Shown here: one piece after another, positions 45,728-55,301 of the stretch
Layout: each line of letters opens with the position of its first letter
Numbering within the stretch: the stretch's first letter is position 1
Source of the DNA: a virus
IMG/VR virus record: IMGVR_UViG_3300045974_000283
Span: 32,001-96,000 of that record
Strand: one strand, 5' to 3'
DNA length: 64,000 bases
The notes under the pieces: generated by a model
Seen by the model: the letters and a program-made list of their open reading frames with translations, nothing else
Databases searched by the model: none
What the model was told of the DNA's origin: nothing
Translations under genes and position numbers: made by a program

Positions 45728-47605
45728 TTAGAACGAGATGTTGGGGATGTGACCTTTCTTGGCGATAATGCTCTGCTTCACGCCTTCGTAGTGCCTTGGG
45801 TTGCTGAGATTCTTGGCCGCTTTCACGATCATCTCATGCTGTTTGCGACGAGCTCCACGTTCGTTGTAGACGGCGTGAACCGTGTTGCCGGACTTGCTCA
45901 TCTTGAGCGGAGTATCCATGGGGCTGCCGTCCGGGTGGACGAAGTTTCGAGCGAGCAGTGGAACACGACGGCTGGAGATACGGTCCTTGGCTGAGCGAAG
46001 TTCCAGATTGCGCGCTTGGTTGCGCAGTCGCTGCGATGCCGACGCACCCTCGAAGTCACCGCCACCAAAATCTTCTTCGCCACCAGTCTGGGAAGAATCA
46101 TCCGGCTTGACGCCTGTGATCTTTTGGATGGTGGCTCGAATCTTCTCGTCTTCTGCCAAGTCACCGAGCAGCATATCGAGCGACACATTGGAAGCCGCCG
46201 CCCACATTTTCAGCGGGACCGGGATGCCCTTCTCAGCGAGCTTGTCCAGGACATCGACCATGCCGGGGTCGTGGTTGTCCAGCGTCTTGTGCCACCGAAC
46301 TTCAGGAAGCATCAGGTTAGCGGTGTTGGACAGGTTGCGCAGAACTGCCTGGATGTTGGAGCCGCGCTCCGCCTTGGAGGGATCTTTGTAAAGAGAATTT
46401 ACAACGGCGATGAGCGGGAACAGCTTGTTCGTGAAGAACGCACGGGTCAACATACTACGGAAGAAGGCCGCGTTCTCGGTGAAGACCGTCATGGCGACTT
46501 CAGCCGTGGAATACGAGGCCTCGCCGGACAGGAAGGCTTCCGACACCCCGAGCGCTCGCAGCTTGTAGGGGACCATCGTGTCGATCAGGTCCGTCCACTT
46601 CCAGAAGTCGCCAGCGGTGCGGATGTCTTGCACACTGACGCCCTGACGCGTGACCACCCAAGCGCCCATCGGGTCGGCTTCGGACATTTGAAGCTGACCG
46701 AGCACTGTCATCATCTCGTCAGGCGTCGGCTCCCACAGGTCAGTGCCCACAGTGACGAGCGTGGTCGCCCTCATGCGACGCTGCGCTTCGAGCAGGGTGC
46801 CGCGATACAGGGTCTTTTCCAAGAGGTAGGCGGGGAGCACACGACGCAGATAGGAAACAGAAGCCTGATCGTGTGTGGAGCGACGAGGGATGTGAACCGT
46901 GGTCAACGGATCCAGTGGAGTGTTGCCTTTCAGGAACGCGTTCAAGAACTCGCGCGGATAGGAGTCGAGCACTGCCTTGTGGACAGGTGACGACGCGGCC
47001 TGCATGAACGCCTGAAGTTTCGAGGAAAGCCCGGTCGAGATGATCGGCTCGGCGTTGAAGAAGGGGCTCGGGGTGATTTTCAGGTTCAGCTTGTCATGCA
47101 CCAAGACGTCGGTGAACGTGTTGGTCTTGCCGTCGTGAACCAGAGAGCCCGTGAACGCACCGTCCACCATGTAGTCCATGGCGACCTGAGCCATCAAGGC
47201 ACGGGCATCCAGGCGAGCGCAGTTCTCGGTGAAGATGGTGAGCTTGTCCTGCTCCAGACCGACGAGCGTGTAGTCGCTGAACGGATAGGTGCATTGCATA
47301 TCCACCGTCGCTCCAGCCACCGAGTCGAAGTGGTAGCAGTCGCGGTAGTAGGTGATCAGACCAGCATCGTCTTCTGGCATCAGGCCCGTGAGGTACCGAC
47401 TCCACTGGACGCCGCCCGTGTCGTTGAGCTGGATAGGAGCGCCACCGAAAGCGTTGCCGAAGTTGGCGGTCACACGCGTGGATGGCTCACCGCCGATGGA
47501 TGCGAGCACGTTCTCGCGGGGTTGACGCATCGAAAGGCCACCGCTGGAGCGCGAGCCCATGACGCGGAGCGAGGAACTCTCGCCCGAGAAACGAGTCTTC
47601 AACAT
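45728..47605 (-). CDS. Portal protein
   Basis: 625 aa downstream of TerL; YYRDCYHFDSVAGATVD, ALGVSEAFLSGEASYS motifs. Confidence 0.8.
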   Translation of the reverse strand: MLKTRFSGESSSLRVMGSRSSGGLSMRQPRENVLASIGGEPSTRVTANFGNAFGGAPIQLNDTGGVQWSRYLTGLMPEDDAGLITYYRDCYHFDSVAGATVDMQCTYPFSDYTLVGLEQDKLTIFTENCARLDARALMAQVAMDYMVDGAFTGSLVHDGKTNTFTDVLVHDKLNLKITPSPFFNAEPIISTGLSSKLQAFMQAASSPVHKAVLDSYPREFLNAFLKGNTPLDPLTTVHIPRRSTHDQASVSYLRRVLPAYLLEKTLYRGTLLEAQRRMRATTLVTVGTDLWEPTPDEMMTVLGQLQMSEADPMGAWVVTRQGVSVQDIRTAGDFWKWTDLIDTMVPYKLRALGVSEAFLSGEASYSTAEVAMTVFTENAAFFRSMLTRAFFTNKLFPLIAVVNSLYKDPSKAERGSNIQAVLRNLSNTANLMLPEVRWHKTLDNHDPGMVDVLDKLAEKGIPVPLKMWAAASNVSLDMLLGDLAEDEKIRATIQKITGVKPDDSSQTGGEEDFGGGDFEGASASQRLRNQARNLELRSAKDRISSRRVPLLARNFVHPDGSPMDTPLKMSKSGNTVHAVYNERGARRKQHEMIVKAAKNLSNPRHYEGVKQSIIAKKGHIPNISF

Positions 47606-47838
47606 CAGATTTCACCTTTGTTGCGGGCGGGGGCCACATGACGGTCGGAGTCGCAGAGGAAACACTCAACGCCACCAGAGATGACGGGGACCATGTCTTT
47701 CTTGCAGTAAGGGCAGACGGAGTCGGAGTCGATGTTCAGCGCTGACGTCTGTTTCTCGGCGACCGAGCTGACGACAGCTTGCGGTGCCGGATCGGACTTC
47801 CGAGCGAAGCGATCGAAGGCTTTGTTGATGTCATTCAT
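47605..47838 (-). CDS. Small zinc-ribbon protein
   Basis: CPYC-x11-CFLC motif; GGAG RBS; TGATG coupling to portal. Confidence 0.7.
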   Translation of the reverse strand: MNDINKAFDRFARKSDPAPQAVVSSVAEKQTSALNIDSDSVCPYCKKDMVPVISGGVECFLCDSDRHVAPARNKGEI

Positions 47839-47869
47839 GGTGTTCTCCTGCAGAATGATTGCGTTGAGC

Positions 47870-47877
47870 TAAAAATG
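47870..47877 (-). promoter_or_regulatory. CAHTTTTA motif upstream of zinc-ribbon/portal genes
   Basis: GGCCATTTTTAG, intergenic, ~32 nt before ATG 47838. Confidence 0.4.
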
Positions 47878-47889
47878 GCCGCATGGGTA

Positions 47890-50091
47890 TCAGCGCTTGG
47901 ACGCAATAGGACCTTGGAATCCTCGGAATCGTCCGGGCAGCAAAGTGCGCCCAGAGACGAGAATCGTGGCCTTCGCCGACTTGGCCTCGCGGTCGATGTA
48001 CGGATACTTGTCGAAGCGCTCCAAGACCTTGGGGTCACCGAATCGTGTGGCACCAACGAGCACAGAACGGAAGATGTCGTCCGTAGAGCCTGAGCCCTTG
48101 GTCAAGATGCCCTGAAACTCCTGGACTGTGCGAAACTGCCGATACAGGTGAGCGACCGGGTATGGCTTCAGTTCTTCCTTATAGTCGATGACGGTTTCGG
48201 CTTTGTCGAACTCTATCTCGTTGGTGGGGAACCAGATCTGCTTCGCGTTGACAAGCTGGATGAAGGCATCGCAATCCCGGCGAGTCGTAGTATGTTGATA
48301 TGCCTTGAGCTTTCCTCCGGAATCGACTTCAGCCTTGCGAAGAATAAAAACTGAGTTCCAACGGTCAGCGAAAAGCTCGCGAACGTTCCAACTAAGGATG
48401 ATCGGCTTGATGGCGTTTTCATAGAGGTAGTCATAGTCGACGATGGTGCCGTGTGAAGGGATCACCTCCATTATCCCGGTGACCTTGATGTGGCCGACCT
48501 TCTCTGGGATGCCGTCGCGCTCCGTAAGACGGTGCATAAGCGTCAGCGTGAACGAGTTGTTCGTCAGGCCAGCGTCGATGCTGAGCACGGCAGGCGGAAG
48601 TTTTGCTGGCTCACGCTGTGCGACGTACCGAGCCTTCGTGTGCTCCGCAGTGATCTCGTAGATCGTTGCGAAGTCATTCGTCCCTGTGAACAGTTCGCGC
48701 ACCTGAGCGCCGAAGACAGCCGACGCGAGCTTTGGTGGATTGGCACCGAAGTCACGCTCGGCTCGGCGAGGGTTGCGGTTGTAAGCACCCTTGATCACCG
48801 GATGGTCACGAGGGAACAGGGGCGTGATGTCCCAAGTGGGAGCACGGACACCGAACATCGAGTCCGATGTAGCGCATTCGCCGTAGAGCCGCATCACCTT
48901 GTCCTGCCACGACAAAGGCGAGGACACGCTCAAGTTCAGGGCCATCGGGTAGGTGAAGACGCCACGCGAGTACTGATGGAGTACTTCACCGCGCACCGTG
49001 GCAAGAGAGGTCGAAAGGACTTGGTGGACTTCGTCGGCGTTCGCGCGTTCCCGCTGACTTTCGTTGTCCTCGCCCTCGGTCAAGGGGTTGAAGGGAAAGT
49101 GTCCAAGCTCGTCGGTTGCTGCGAATACCCGCGTTGGACCGCGAAGGTTTCGCATGGAAGGACCGGCCGGGAAGGCGTCGATACCCTTGGTGAAGATGCG
49201 GAAGTAGGTTCCGGTGGGAGCGAACTGATACAACTCCTTGCCCTGCTGATGGCCGATCTGATCCATCAGAGCGAACCACTCCTTGAACCACGTCGAGTCG
49301 ACGATGGTGTCACGAGTAGGCATCCAGAGGAGCTTGTAGGCGTTGGTCACCGTCAGCGCCACGAACGTAGCCGTGAGCTGAGTGGACAGTTGAATGCCTC
49401 GTGCCACACGGCTGAGGCGCGGCGACATCAGCATCCGGTGGAAGACGTAGGTGGCGATCATGGCCGTCGTGGTGGACTTGCCAGCTCGCTGACCAAGGAC
49501 GAGGACAGCCTCGTCGTAGAGCTTCATTTGCTTGGCCTGGATGCAATCCCACTTGGTGGCACCACACTTGTGACAGATGCCGTGCTTGAAGAGGGTCAGG
49601 GCGTTCGCTAGGTCAGCCGGGTCCAAGTCCAGCGGGACATTATACATATCGAAGGCGCGGGTCTTCGTGCATCGCGGGCAGATCTCACCTAGAAGTATGA
49701 GGGATATCCACAGTTGCCGGGCGAACGGCCTCTTGATATCTTTCCCGATGATGTTCGCTACGAAGTCCCAGTAGTTCTCAGCGAATGGCAGGTGCGAGTC
49801 GTCGATGGAGATGTCCCGGACCATGTTGATCTTCGGGTCATACGCCTTCTGCATGGCGTCCCAGATGAAACCCTCCTCAATCGCCGGTACGTCAGGGGAT
49901 GACTTGGTAGTCGATTCCTGTTCGCCGCCGGGAACGAGGAGCGCGTGAGGGAAGTCCATTATCGACGTTACTTCGCCCTTCAGGGGCTGGAAGCGGTCGC
50001 ACCCGTACTTTGGGGTTGTTTTGAGCGGGTCGTTGCAGCTTAGAAATCGACTGCATCTCACGCATGATCGTTTGGAGATCATTACTGCCAT
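47890..50091 (-). CDS. terL: Terminase large subunit
   Basis: Walker A VLGQRAGKST, Walker B ATDELGH, RNase H-like SIDAG and TDDIF; inserted CPRC...CHKC zinc finger; no intein seen. Confidence 0.92.
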   Translation of the reverse strand: MAVMISKRSCVRCSRFLSCNDPLKTTPKYGCDRFQPLKGEVTSIMDFPHALLVPGGEQESTTKSSPDVPAIEEGFIWDAMQKAYDPKINMVRDISIDDSHLPFAENYWDFVANIIGKDIKRPFARQLWISLILLGEICPRCTKTRAFDMYNVPLDLDPADLANALTLFKHGICHKCGATKWDCIQAKQMKLYDEAVLVLGQRAGKSTTTAMIATYVFHRMLMSPRLSRVARGIQLSTQLTATFVALTVTNAYKLLWMPTRDTIVDSTWFKEWFALMDQIGHQQGKELYQFAPTGTYFRIFTKGIDAFPAGPSMRNLRGPTRVFAATDELGHFPFNPLTEGEDNESQRERANADEVHQVLSTSLATVRGEVLHQYSRGVFTYPMALNLSVSSPLSWQDKVMRLYGECATSDSMFGVRAPTWDITPLFPRDHPVIKGAYNRNPRRAERDFGANPPKLASAVFGAQVRELFTGTNDFATIYEITAEHTKARYVAQREPAKLPPAVLSIDAGLTNNSFTLTLMHRLTERDGIPEKVGHIKVTGIMEVIPSHGTIVDYDYLYENAIKPIILSWNVRELFADRWNSVFILRKAEVDSGGKLKAYQHTTTRRDCDAFIQLVNAKQIWFPTNEIEFDKAETVIDYKEELKPYPVAHLYRQFRTVQEFQGILTKGSGSTDDIFRSVLVGATRFGDPKVLERFDKYPYIDREAKSAKATILVSGRTLLPGRFRGFQGPIASKR

Positions 50092-50611
50092 TTTTCGATC
50101 CAGTCTGCAAGGAGAAGTCGACGAGCTTGAACAGAGCCTGTTCGTCAGGAGTCAGGTTGACCAGTCCAGCAATGAAGTTCACGGCGCGTATCCGCAAGGC
50201 CAGAGCAGACAGCCCGCTGAGCAGCGAGGACACGCGGGAAACATCCGGCGGCTCCTCGGTCACTTGCTTGATGACGTCGGCCGCATCGAGAATGCCGTCC
50301 TGCACCGAAGCCAGAAGCGGCAAAGCCTCGGTGAGAACGAATTCTCGTACCGAGGCCATGCGGGGTGACAGAAGCTGAGGCAGTTCTGCCTTGAATTTTG
50401 TTGCGCGATCGATAAGGTACTGATTGGCGGGTATGACCGTCTTCTTCATCGTGGAAGCCGCGATCAGGCTTTCCAGCGTCCGCTTGTTGGCGGCAGTCCA
50501 CCGCTTAGGAAGAGGGTTGACGACAGGTTCCTCAAGGGGGTTGAAGTCTTGAGGAGTGGGGACGGGGCCGTTGGGATGTCCCTTGAGTTTGCGGGGTTTT
50601 CGGGTAGCCAT
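49892..50611 (-). CDS. Hypothetical protein, possible terminase small subunit
   Basis: Helical 239 aa directly upstream of and overlapping TerL; function inferred only from position. Confidence 0.45.
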   Translation of the reverse strand: MATRKPRKLKGHPNGPVPTPQDFNPLEEPVVNPLPKRWTAANKRTLESLIAASTMKKTVIPANQYLIDRATKFKAELPQLLSPRMASVREFVLTEALPLLASVQDGILDAADVIKQVTEEPPDVSRVSSLLSGLSALALRIRAVNFIAGLVNLTPDEQALFKLVDFSLQTGSKNGSNDLQTIMREMQSISKLQRPAQNNPKVRVRPLPAPEGRSNVDNGLPSRAPRSRRRTGIDYQVIP

Positions 50612-51972
50612 CAGGCGACCTCCAGTTCTGGGATGTTTGCGCCGGGAACCTTCTTGACCTTCTTGCCACCGAAGGCAGCTTGAGGAGCTTTTGATTGCGC
50701 GATGGCAGCGGCCTCAGCGGGTTCAAGGTCGCGGACGGTGGACGTAGCTTTGTCGATCTTGAGCGTGAAGCGGAACTGTTGTTGATTCCGGCCCTTGAGC
50801 ATGTCCATATCGACGTAGCCCTTTTCGTGGGACTCTTGCGTGGCAACGAAGCTGAAGGCCAGTGTCGCGTGTTCCTTGACGGTCTGCGAATATCGCAATC
50901 GACCGTCTTCGCCGACCTGTGCTGCAAGAACGACAGCCTTGTTGTGATTACCTGCGTAGACCTTGCCCTGACGGGCGATGCGCCCGAGTTGCTTCCACTG
51001 ATCGTCACCGTCAGCGCCAGCGAGCAGACCGATGTAGTCGATGTAGATGGCATCAGCACCGTAGGAGTGGACAGCTGCAAAGACTTCCTGGATGGTGACA
51101 TCGGACGAGGGCACGTATATGGTCAACCGACCACCGCGCGCCTCGACCATCTTCTGGAAGCGTCGGTATCGCCGGTAGATGAGAGCCTTCTCATCCTCGG
51201 TCAGCTTCTTCAGGTTGATGCGTAGGCTGTCAACGCCTGATGCGTTCGCGAGATAGCGCACCAGAGATTCGTTGCGCGACATCTCAAGCGGGACGATGAC
51301 CACCTTGTATCCAGCGCCCGCTTGCGTCTTGGACAGTTGAGTGACCATGTGAGACTTGCCCGCACCGGACGAGCCACCGATGATGGTCAGGCCACCGCGA
51401 GGCAGACCGCCGTTCCGTTCGTCGAAGATGTTCCACCCCGTAGGTATGAACTGGTCTTGATCCTCGCCGTACAGAATATCCTTGATGATGTCGTCAGCGT
51501 TGCCGTCTTTGCCTAGGTGCGTCAGCTGGTCCCGAAGCGACTTGCTGACCTGCATGGCTGCGATGCGGTCTTGCGACATGGCAAGAATTGACTGAAGGTC
51601 GATCTTGTCCCGCTGGAGCATCGACATGCCATCTGTGCAGAGGCTGTAGAAGATGCGAGTGCTCCGTAGGGTGCCAAGGCGCGACACGAGCTCTGCGAGC
51701 TGAGCCGGGTTGCGTGGAGCGGCGTCAGCTTCGGCCAGCATCTGTCTGGTGTTGACTGGGAGATCACGCGACTCGCATAGGTACTCAAAGGTCGGTGGCC
51801 GTCCTTTGTTCTCCACGAAACTCGTGATCGACGCGTAGGCTTCAAGGCACTCCTCGCCGTGGAAGTGCGACTGATCGAGTTGGCTGAGCAGGGAACCACT
51901 GAGCTTCGGGTTCGTCGAGCACATGCCACGGAGGGCGCGTAGCTGCAAAGGGGTGGAATAGAGTTTTGCCAT
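50611..51972 (-). CDS. dnaB: DnaB-like replicative helicase
   Basis: GGLPRGGLTIIGGSSGAGKS, SLEM-like PLEM, IYIDYIGLL, VVLAAQ, KGRN motifs. Confidence 0.9.
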   Translation of the reverse strand: MAKLYSTPLQLRALRGMCSTNPKLSGSLLSQLDQSHFHGEECLEAYASITSFVENKGRPPTFEYLCESRDLPVNTRQMLAEADAAPRNPAQLAELVSRLGTLRSTRIFYSLCTDGMSMLQRDKIDLQSILAMSQDRIAAMQVSKSLRDQLTHLGKDGNADDIIKDILYGEDQDQFIPTGWNIFDERNGGLPRGGLTIIGGSSGAGKSHMVTQLSKTQAGAGYKVVIVPLEMSRNESLVRYLANASGVDSLRINLKKLTEDEKALIYRRYRRFQKMVEARGGRLTIYVPSSDVTIQEVFAAVHSYGADAIYIDYIGLLAGADGDDQWKQLGRIARQGKVYAGNHNKAVVLAAQVGEDGRLRYSQTVKEHATLAFSFVATQESHEKGYVDMDMLKGRNQQQFRFTLKIDKATSTVRDLEPAEAAAIAQSKAPQAAFGGKKVKKVPGANIPELEVA

Positions 51973-51975
51973 CTG

Positions 51976-52335
51976 TCACTTTGCCGGAATCAATGTCACG
52001 CGACCCTGAGGCGCGTATATCTTCTGCTTGCCGTCGTCGATCAGGTAGAAGTGTCCGAACACGAGGGGCGGCGGTGCGTCGAGCACGACGTCGAAGACGC
52101 TGACGCGCTGCGTGTAGGTTATCTCGAAGCTGCCCTCCTCGTCCTTGATGATCGAGTTGACGTCCGCCATGTGGATGTTCAGGTCATCGTCTTGGCCCCA
52201 ATGATCGTTGAGTTGCGGCGTCACGCATATCGTGCGGGCCTTCTCATCGAAGGTCACTGCCTTGGCCTGAATGACGATCGACTTGTAGACAGTCTGAAAG
52301 GCGCGGGTCTTCTGGGGTTTGGGAAGTTTGCTCAT
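51976..52335 (-). CDS. Hypothetical protein
   Basis: Operon packing, typical codon usage. Confidence 0.65.
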   Translation of the reverse strand: MSKLPKPQKTRAFQTVYKSIVIQAKAVTFDEKARTICVTPQLNDHWGQDDDLNIHMADVNSIIKDEEGSFEITYTQRVSVFDVVLDAPPPLVFGHFYLIDDGKQKIYAPQGRVTLIPAK

Positions 52336-52342
52336 GTGAACA

Positions 52343-52480
52343 TTAACCGGGCTGCGATGGTTTGCAACGGTACTCGCGGTGAAAGCCGAAGAGGGCCAGC
52401 GAGAACCACTGACCGCATCCGGGGCATGTACGCTGAGGCATCTGCAACTCAGCGTCTGGGCGCTTTCTGCGGGGCTTCAT
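52343..52480 (-). CDS. Unannotated 45-aa C2HC zinc-finger microprotein
   Basis: MKPRRKRPDAELQMPQRTCPGCGQWFSLALFGFHREYRCKPSQPG*; fills the gap, starting 2 nt after the upstream stop. Confidence 0.6.
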   Translation of the reverse strand: MKPRRKRPDAELQMPQRTCPGCGQWFSLALFGFHREYRCKPSQPG

Positions 52481-52482
52481 GT

Positions 52483-53196
52483 TCAGCGCGCCGACAACGC
52501 GGACCGGGAGAAGTAGATCTTCGACGGTTTCATCAAGAGCTTGCCCATACAGAAGGTGATCGGGTCCTCGCCCGAAGCCACGACGACACGCGGAACACCT
52601 TCGTAGGTGTCGAGCAGGTCGCGAACGTGCTCCAGCCGATACGGCGACATCGTCGCGTAGACACCGGTGAGCACGAGCATCGAGGCTGGCGTATCATTCT
52701 CGATCATCGAGGCGGTGATGGCTCGGTTCTTCAAGTGGTGCCACAGGACGCGGGCATTCGGGTTCCGCTTCAGGTGCTGCACCACGAGGTAGACCGCAAA
52801 ATACCGGGATTCGAGGTCGTCAAACTCGCCGGACACGAAGTAGAGCTGAGGGCTGACCGGGTCCTCGATGAAGTTCTTCAGCCCGGCTGTCTGAGAGCCA
52901 TCACTGATGAGCATCTGCTTGAACTGAGGCAGCTTGGCATCGTCACCCGCACGGCCGATCTCGAAAGGCTGAGGGTTGAACTTGAAGGCAGGGTGGCGGC
53001 GAACAGCGCCGGGTATTGCAACCCCACGAGAGTCGATCAGGTTCCAGTCCTTCGTGGTTATCTCGATCTTCAGGGTATCGTCTTCATCATCGTCGACCAC
53101 GATGCGTCGACCGCGACGACCGGCCTTGGGCTCGGCTTCAGCGTTGTCGTCAGCTTCGCGCGTGTGCCGAGTTTCGGTGGCTTCTTCTTGGCTCAT
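52483..53196 (-). CDS. Hypothetical protein, possible degenerate DnaC/AAA+ helicase loader
   Basis: Alpha/beta alternation (LYFVSG...SMLVLTGV...PRVVVASG) upstream of DnaB, but no canonical Walker A. Confidence 0.4.
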   Translation of the reverse strand: MSQEEATETRHTREADDNAEAEPKAGRRGRRIVVDDDEDDTLKIEITTKDWNLIDSRGVAIPGAVRRHPAFKFNPQPFEIGRAGDDAKLPQFKQMLISDGSQTAGLKNFIEDPVSPQLYFVSGEFDDLESRYFAVYLVVQHLKRNPNARVLWHHLKNRAITASMIENDTPASMLVLTGVYATMSPYRLEHVRDLLDTYEGVPRVVVASGEDPITFCMGKLLMKPSKIYFSRSALSAR

Positions 53197-54758
53197 AGTT
53201 CTACTCGTTTTCCTCGAAGGGTTGAATCATCAGTCGGGTCTTTGCCTCCGAGCCATGACATGAACGTGGCTCGGGTCTTGGCGGTCATACGAGGGTTGAA
53301 TTGTTTGAACACGACTTGCCAGTATTCCTTCCGTCGCATGGCGCGCATGACCGTGGACTGGTCAAGGACGTAGACGATCTTGGGCATCGGCTTGCCCTCC
53401 ATCGGCGTCAGGATGCGGGCCGTGCGCTGTTGACAGTTGACGTCGTTGGCGGACGCTGCACACTCGATCAGGCAAGAAGCACGGGGGATGTTCAAGCCCG
53501 TGCTGAGTAGCTTCGTGTTGCCGATCAGAGCCTTGATCTTGCCCGATCTTGTATCCTGTATGGTTTGCTTCCGCAGCTTCTTGTTGATGCCGCCATAGAA
53601 CGGAGCCGCGACGTGAGCTTCCATGCGCTCGTTGATGAGACGCACGAGCGTGAGGGTTGCCTTGGTGCGCAGGAACGGGCAGAGCACTGTGTAGCCTGCT
53701 TCGATCTCCTGCACGATCCGGTCGGCGATCATCGCGGTCCGCTTCTTGTGGTACTCGATGCGATTGACGAAGGAGGTAAAAGTGCTCTGCCCTATCTCCA
53801 TCTCGATGCCCGTCACCAAGACCTCTACTTTCGGTTGGAGCTGAGGGACCTCGGCTGCGTAGAGCACCGGGCCGATGAGGTCCTCGATGATGGCGTAGAG
53901 GCCCTCTTGCTTTCGTGCGGGCGTACCCGTCAGACCGATGGAGTAAGTCGAGTTGAACCGCGATATGACGCGGGACGACTGCAAGGCCGGGAGCAGGTGG
54001 ATCTCGTCGGCAATCACCAGCGGGAACAGATTGCGGATGCGCTCCAGCAGGATGCGGCCGCTTGGGTTCATGAACTTCTGCACCGTGGACAGGCAGATGT
54101 CCGTGTCCCGGAAGTCTTCGAAGTTCTTGCAGATCTTGATCTGATGCGGCTTGGCGTTCGTGCAAGCCTCAGCCGTCTCGGAGCCGATATAGGTCTCAAT
54201 GAACTGCTCAAGCCAGTCGGTCTGCGCAGCCAAGATCAGCGTCTTGCAGCCGAGCTGGATGGTGAGGGCCGTAGCCCAGAGCGTCTTACCCGAACGCGGC
54301 GGAGCCTTGATGACACCGCGCTTCTTGGCAATGGCAATCGGGAGGGCTTCTTGCTGCCAGTCGTACAGGGTGATGCGAGGCAGCATCCGTATGGGACGCG
54401 ACAGCGGATGGTCTTCGACGGCGGGCGTCTTGTAGACCATCTCGGTCTCGCAGCGCAGCGACCGGATGAACTCCCGGAGCTTGAGGGCGTTGCCCTTGGG
54501 CAGCGACAGCATGACGGAACGATTCTTGCCGACCTCGACCAGCTTGGCGAGCTGCCGCTTGCCGTGGAAGGAAGCGCAGTTCTCACAGGTCTCGTTGTGA
54601 CGCTCGTGGCGGTTGTCGCACTTCTTGCACGACGCCTCGTCGTAGAGCATGTGGGAGAACATCTCCCGCGCCAGCGTAATGTCGTCGTCCGAGAGGAACC
54701 GTTCGGGGATAAGATATCCTGCCTCGCGGTAGATCTTGATGACTTTCTGTTCGGCCAT
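53193..54758 (-). CDS. SF2 DNA helicase (UvsW-like)
   Basis: PPRSGKT, IADEIH, GLTGTP, LSTGLNIP, QQRTARILT motifs. Confidence 0.9.
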   Translation of the reverse strand: MAEQKVIKIYREAGYLIPERFLSDDDITLAREMFSHMLYDEASCKKCDNRHERHNETCENCASFHGKRQLAKLVEVGKNRSVMLSLPKGNALKLREFIRSLRCETEMVYKTPAVEDHPLSRPIRMLPRITLYDWQQEALPIAIAKKRGVIKAPPRSGKTLWATALTIQLGCKTLILAAQTDWLEQFIETYIGSETAEACTNAKPHQIKICKNFEDFRDTDICLSTVQKFMNPSGRILLERIRNLFPLVIADEIHLLPALQSSRVISRFNSTYSIGLTGTPARKQEGLYAIIEDLIGPVLYAAEVPQLQPKVEVLVTGIEMEIGQSTFTSFVNRIEYHKKRTAMIADRIVQEIEAGYTVLCPFLRTKATLTLVRLINERMEAHVAAPFYGGINKKLRKQTIQDTRSGKIKALIGNTKLLSTGLNIPRASCLIECAASANDVNCQQRTARILTPMEGKPMPKIVYVLDQSTVMRAMRRKEYWQVVFKQFNPRMTAKTRATFMSWLGGKDPTDDSTLRGKRVEL

Positions 54759-55300
54759 TAGACCACCTGATTCGGACGGGTGAGCAACTTCTGAAGGACG
54801 TTAACTGAGTTCGTCAGGTTGTATCCGGCCTTGTCGATGTCTTCGATGTAGACATCCAGAATCTCGATGAACTGCTGAAGCTCGCTGGCCGTGCGGGAAG
54901 GCTTCGCCAGGATGGCCTCAACCAGACGGTCGCGGTCGCGCTGCGTACCCGCGAGGTCGTTCAAATCCTCAGCGTACTTGACACTGAGGTAGGATTTGGT
55001 TTCCTTGACGGACTGCACCAGAGGCAGGTGCTCGTTCATTGCAGCGACTCGCAGCTCCACCAAACGCGAGCGAACGCGCAGGTCGTTGGCAATCGCTTCG
55101 TACAGTGGCGTAGGCTGCAAGGCGATGCGGTAGAGATTGCGGGAGGGCCGACCCGCGTGTAGTGCGGCCGCTTCTTGGCCCATGCGCTTGAAGTTGATGG
55201 TGGACTGGATGGTTTCCACCACCCCGAACAACGTGTTGATGACCTCGTCCTCGTTGAGGAGGCGCTTGAACGCCTTCAGGCCCGGTGCGCTCGTTGCCAT
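54758..55300 (-). CDS. Coiled-coil protein (UvsY-like position)
   Basis: Helical 180 aa, coupled to helicase start. Confidence 0.5.
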   Translation of the reverse strand: MATSAPGLKAFKRLLNEDEVINTLFGVVETIQSTINFKRMGQEAAALHAGRPSRNLYRIALQPTPLYEAIANDLRVRSRLVELRVAAMNEHLPLVQSVKETKSYLSVKYAEDLNDLAGTQRDRDRLVEAILAKPSRTASELQQFIEILDVYIEDIDKAGYNLTNSVNVLQKLLTRPNQVV

Positions 55301-55301
55301 G

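Noticed and set aside
35540-53790. Identical 14-mer TAAAAGTGCTCTGC at 35540 and 53777
   Set aside because: Too short to imply recombination; counted only as instances of the CAHTTTTA motif, and the 53777 copy inside the helicase may be chance.
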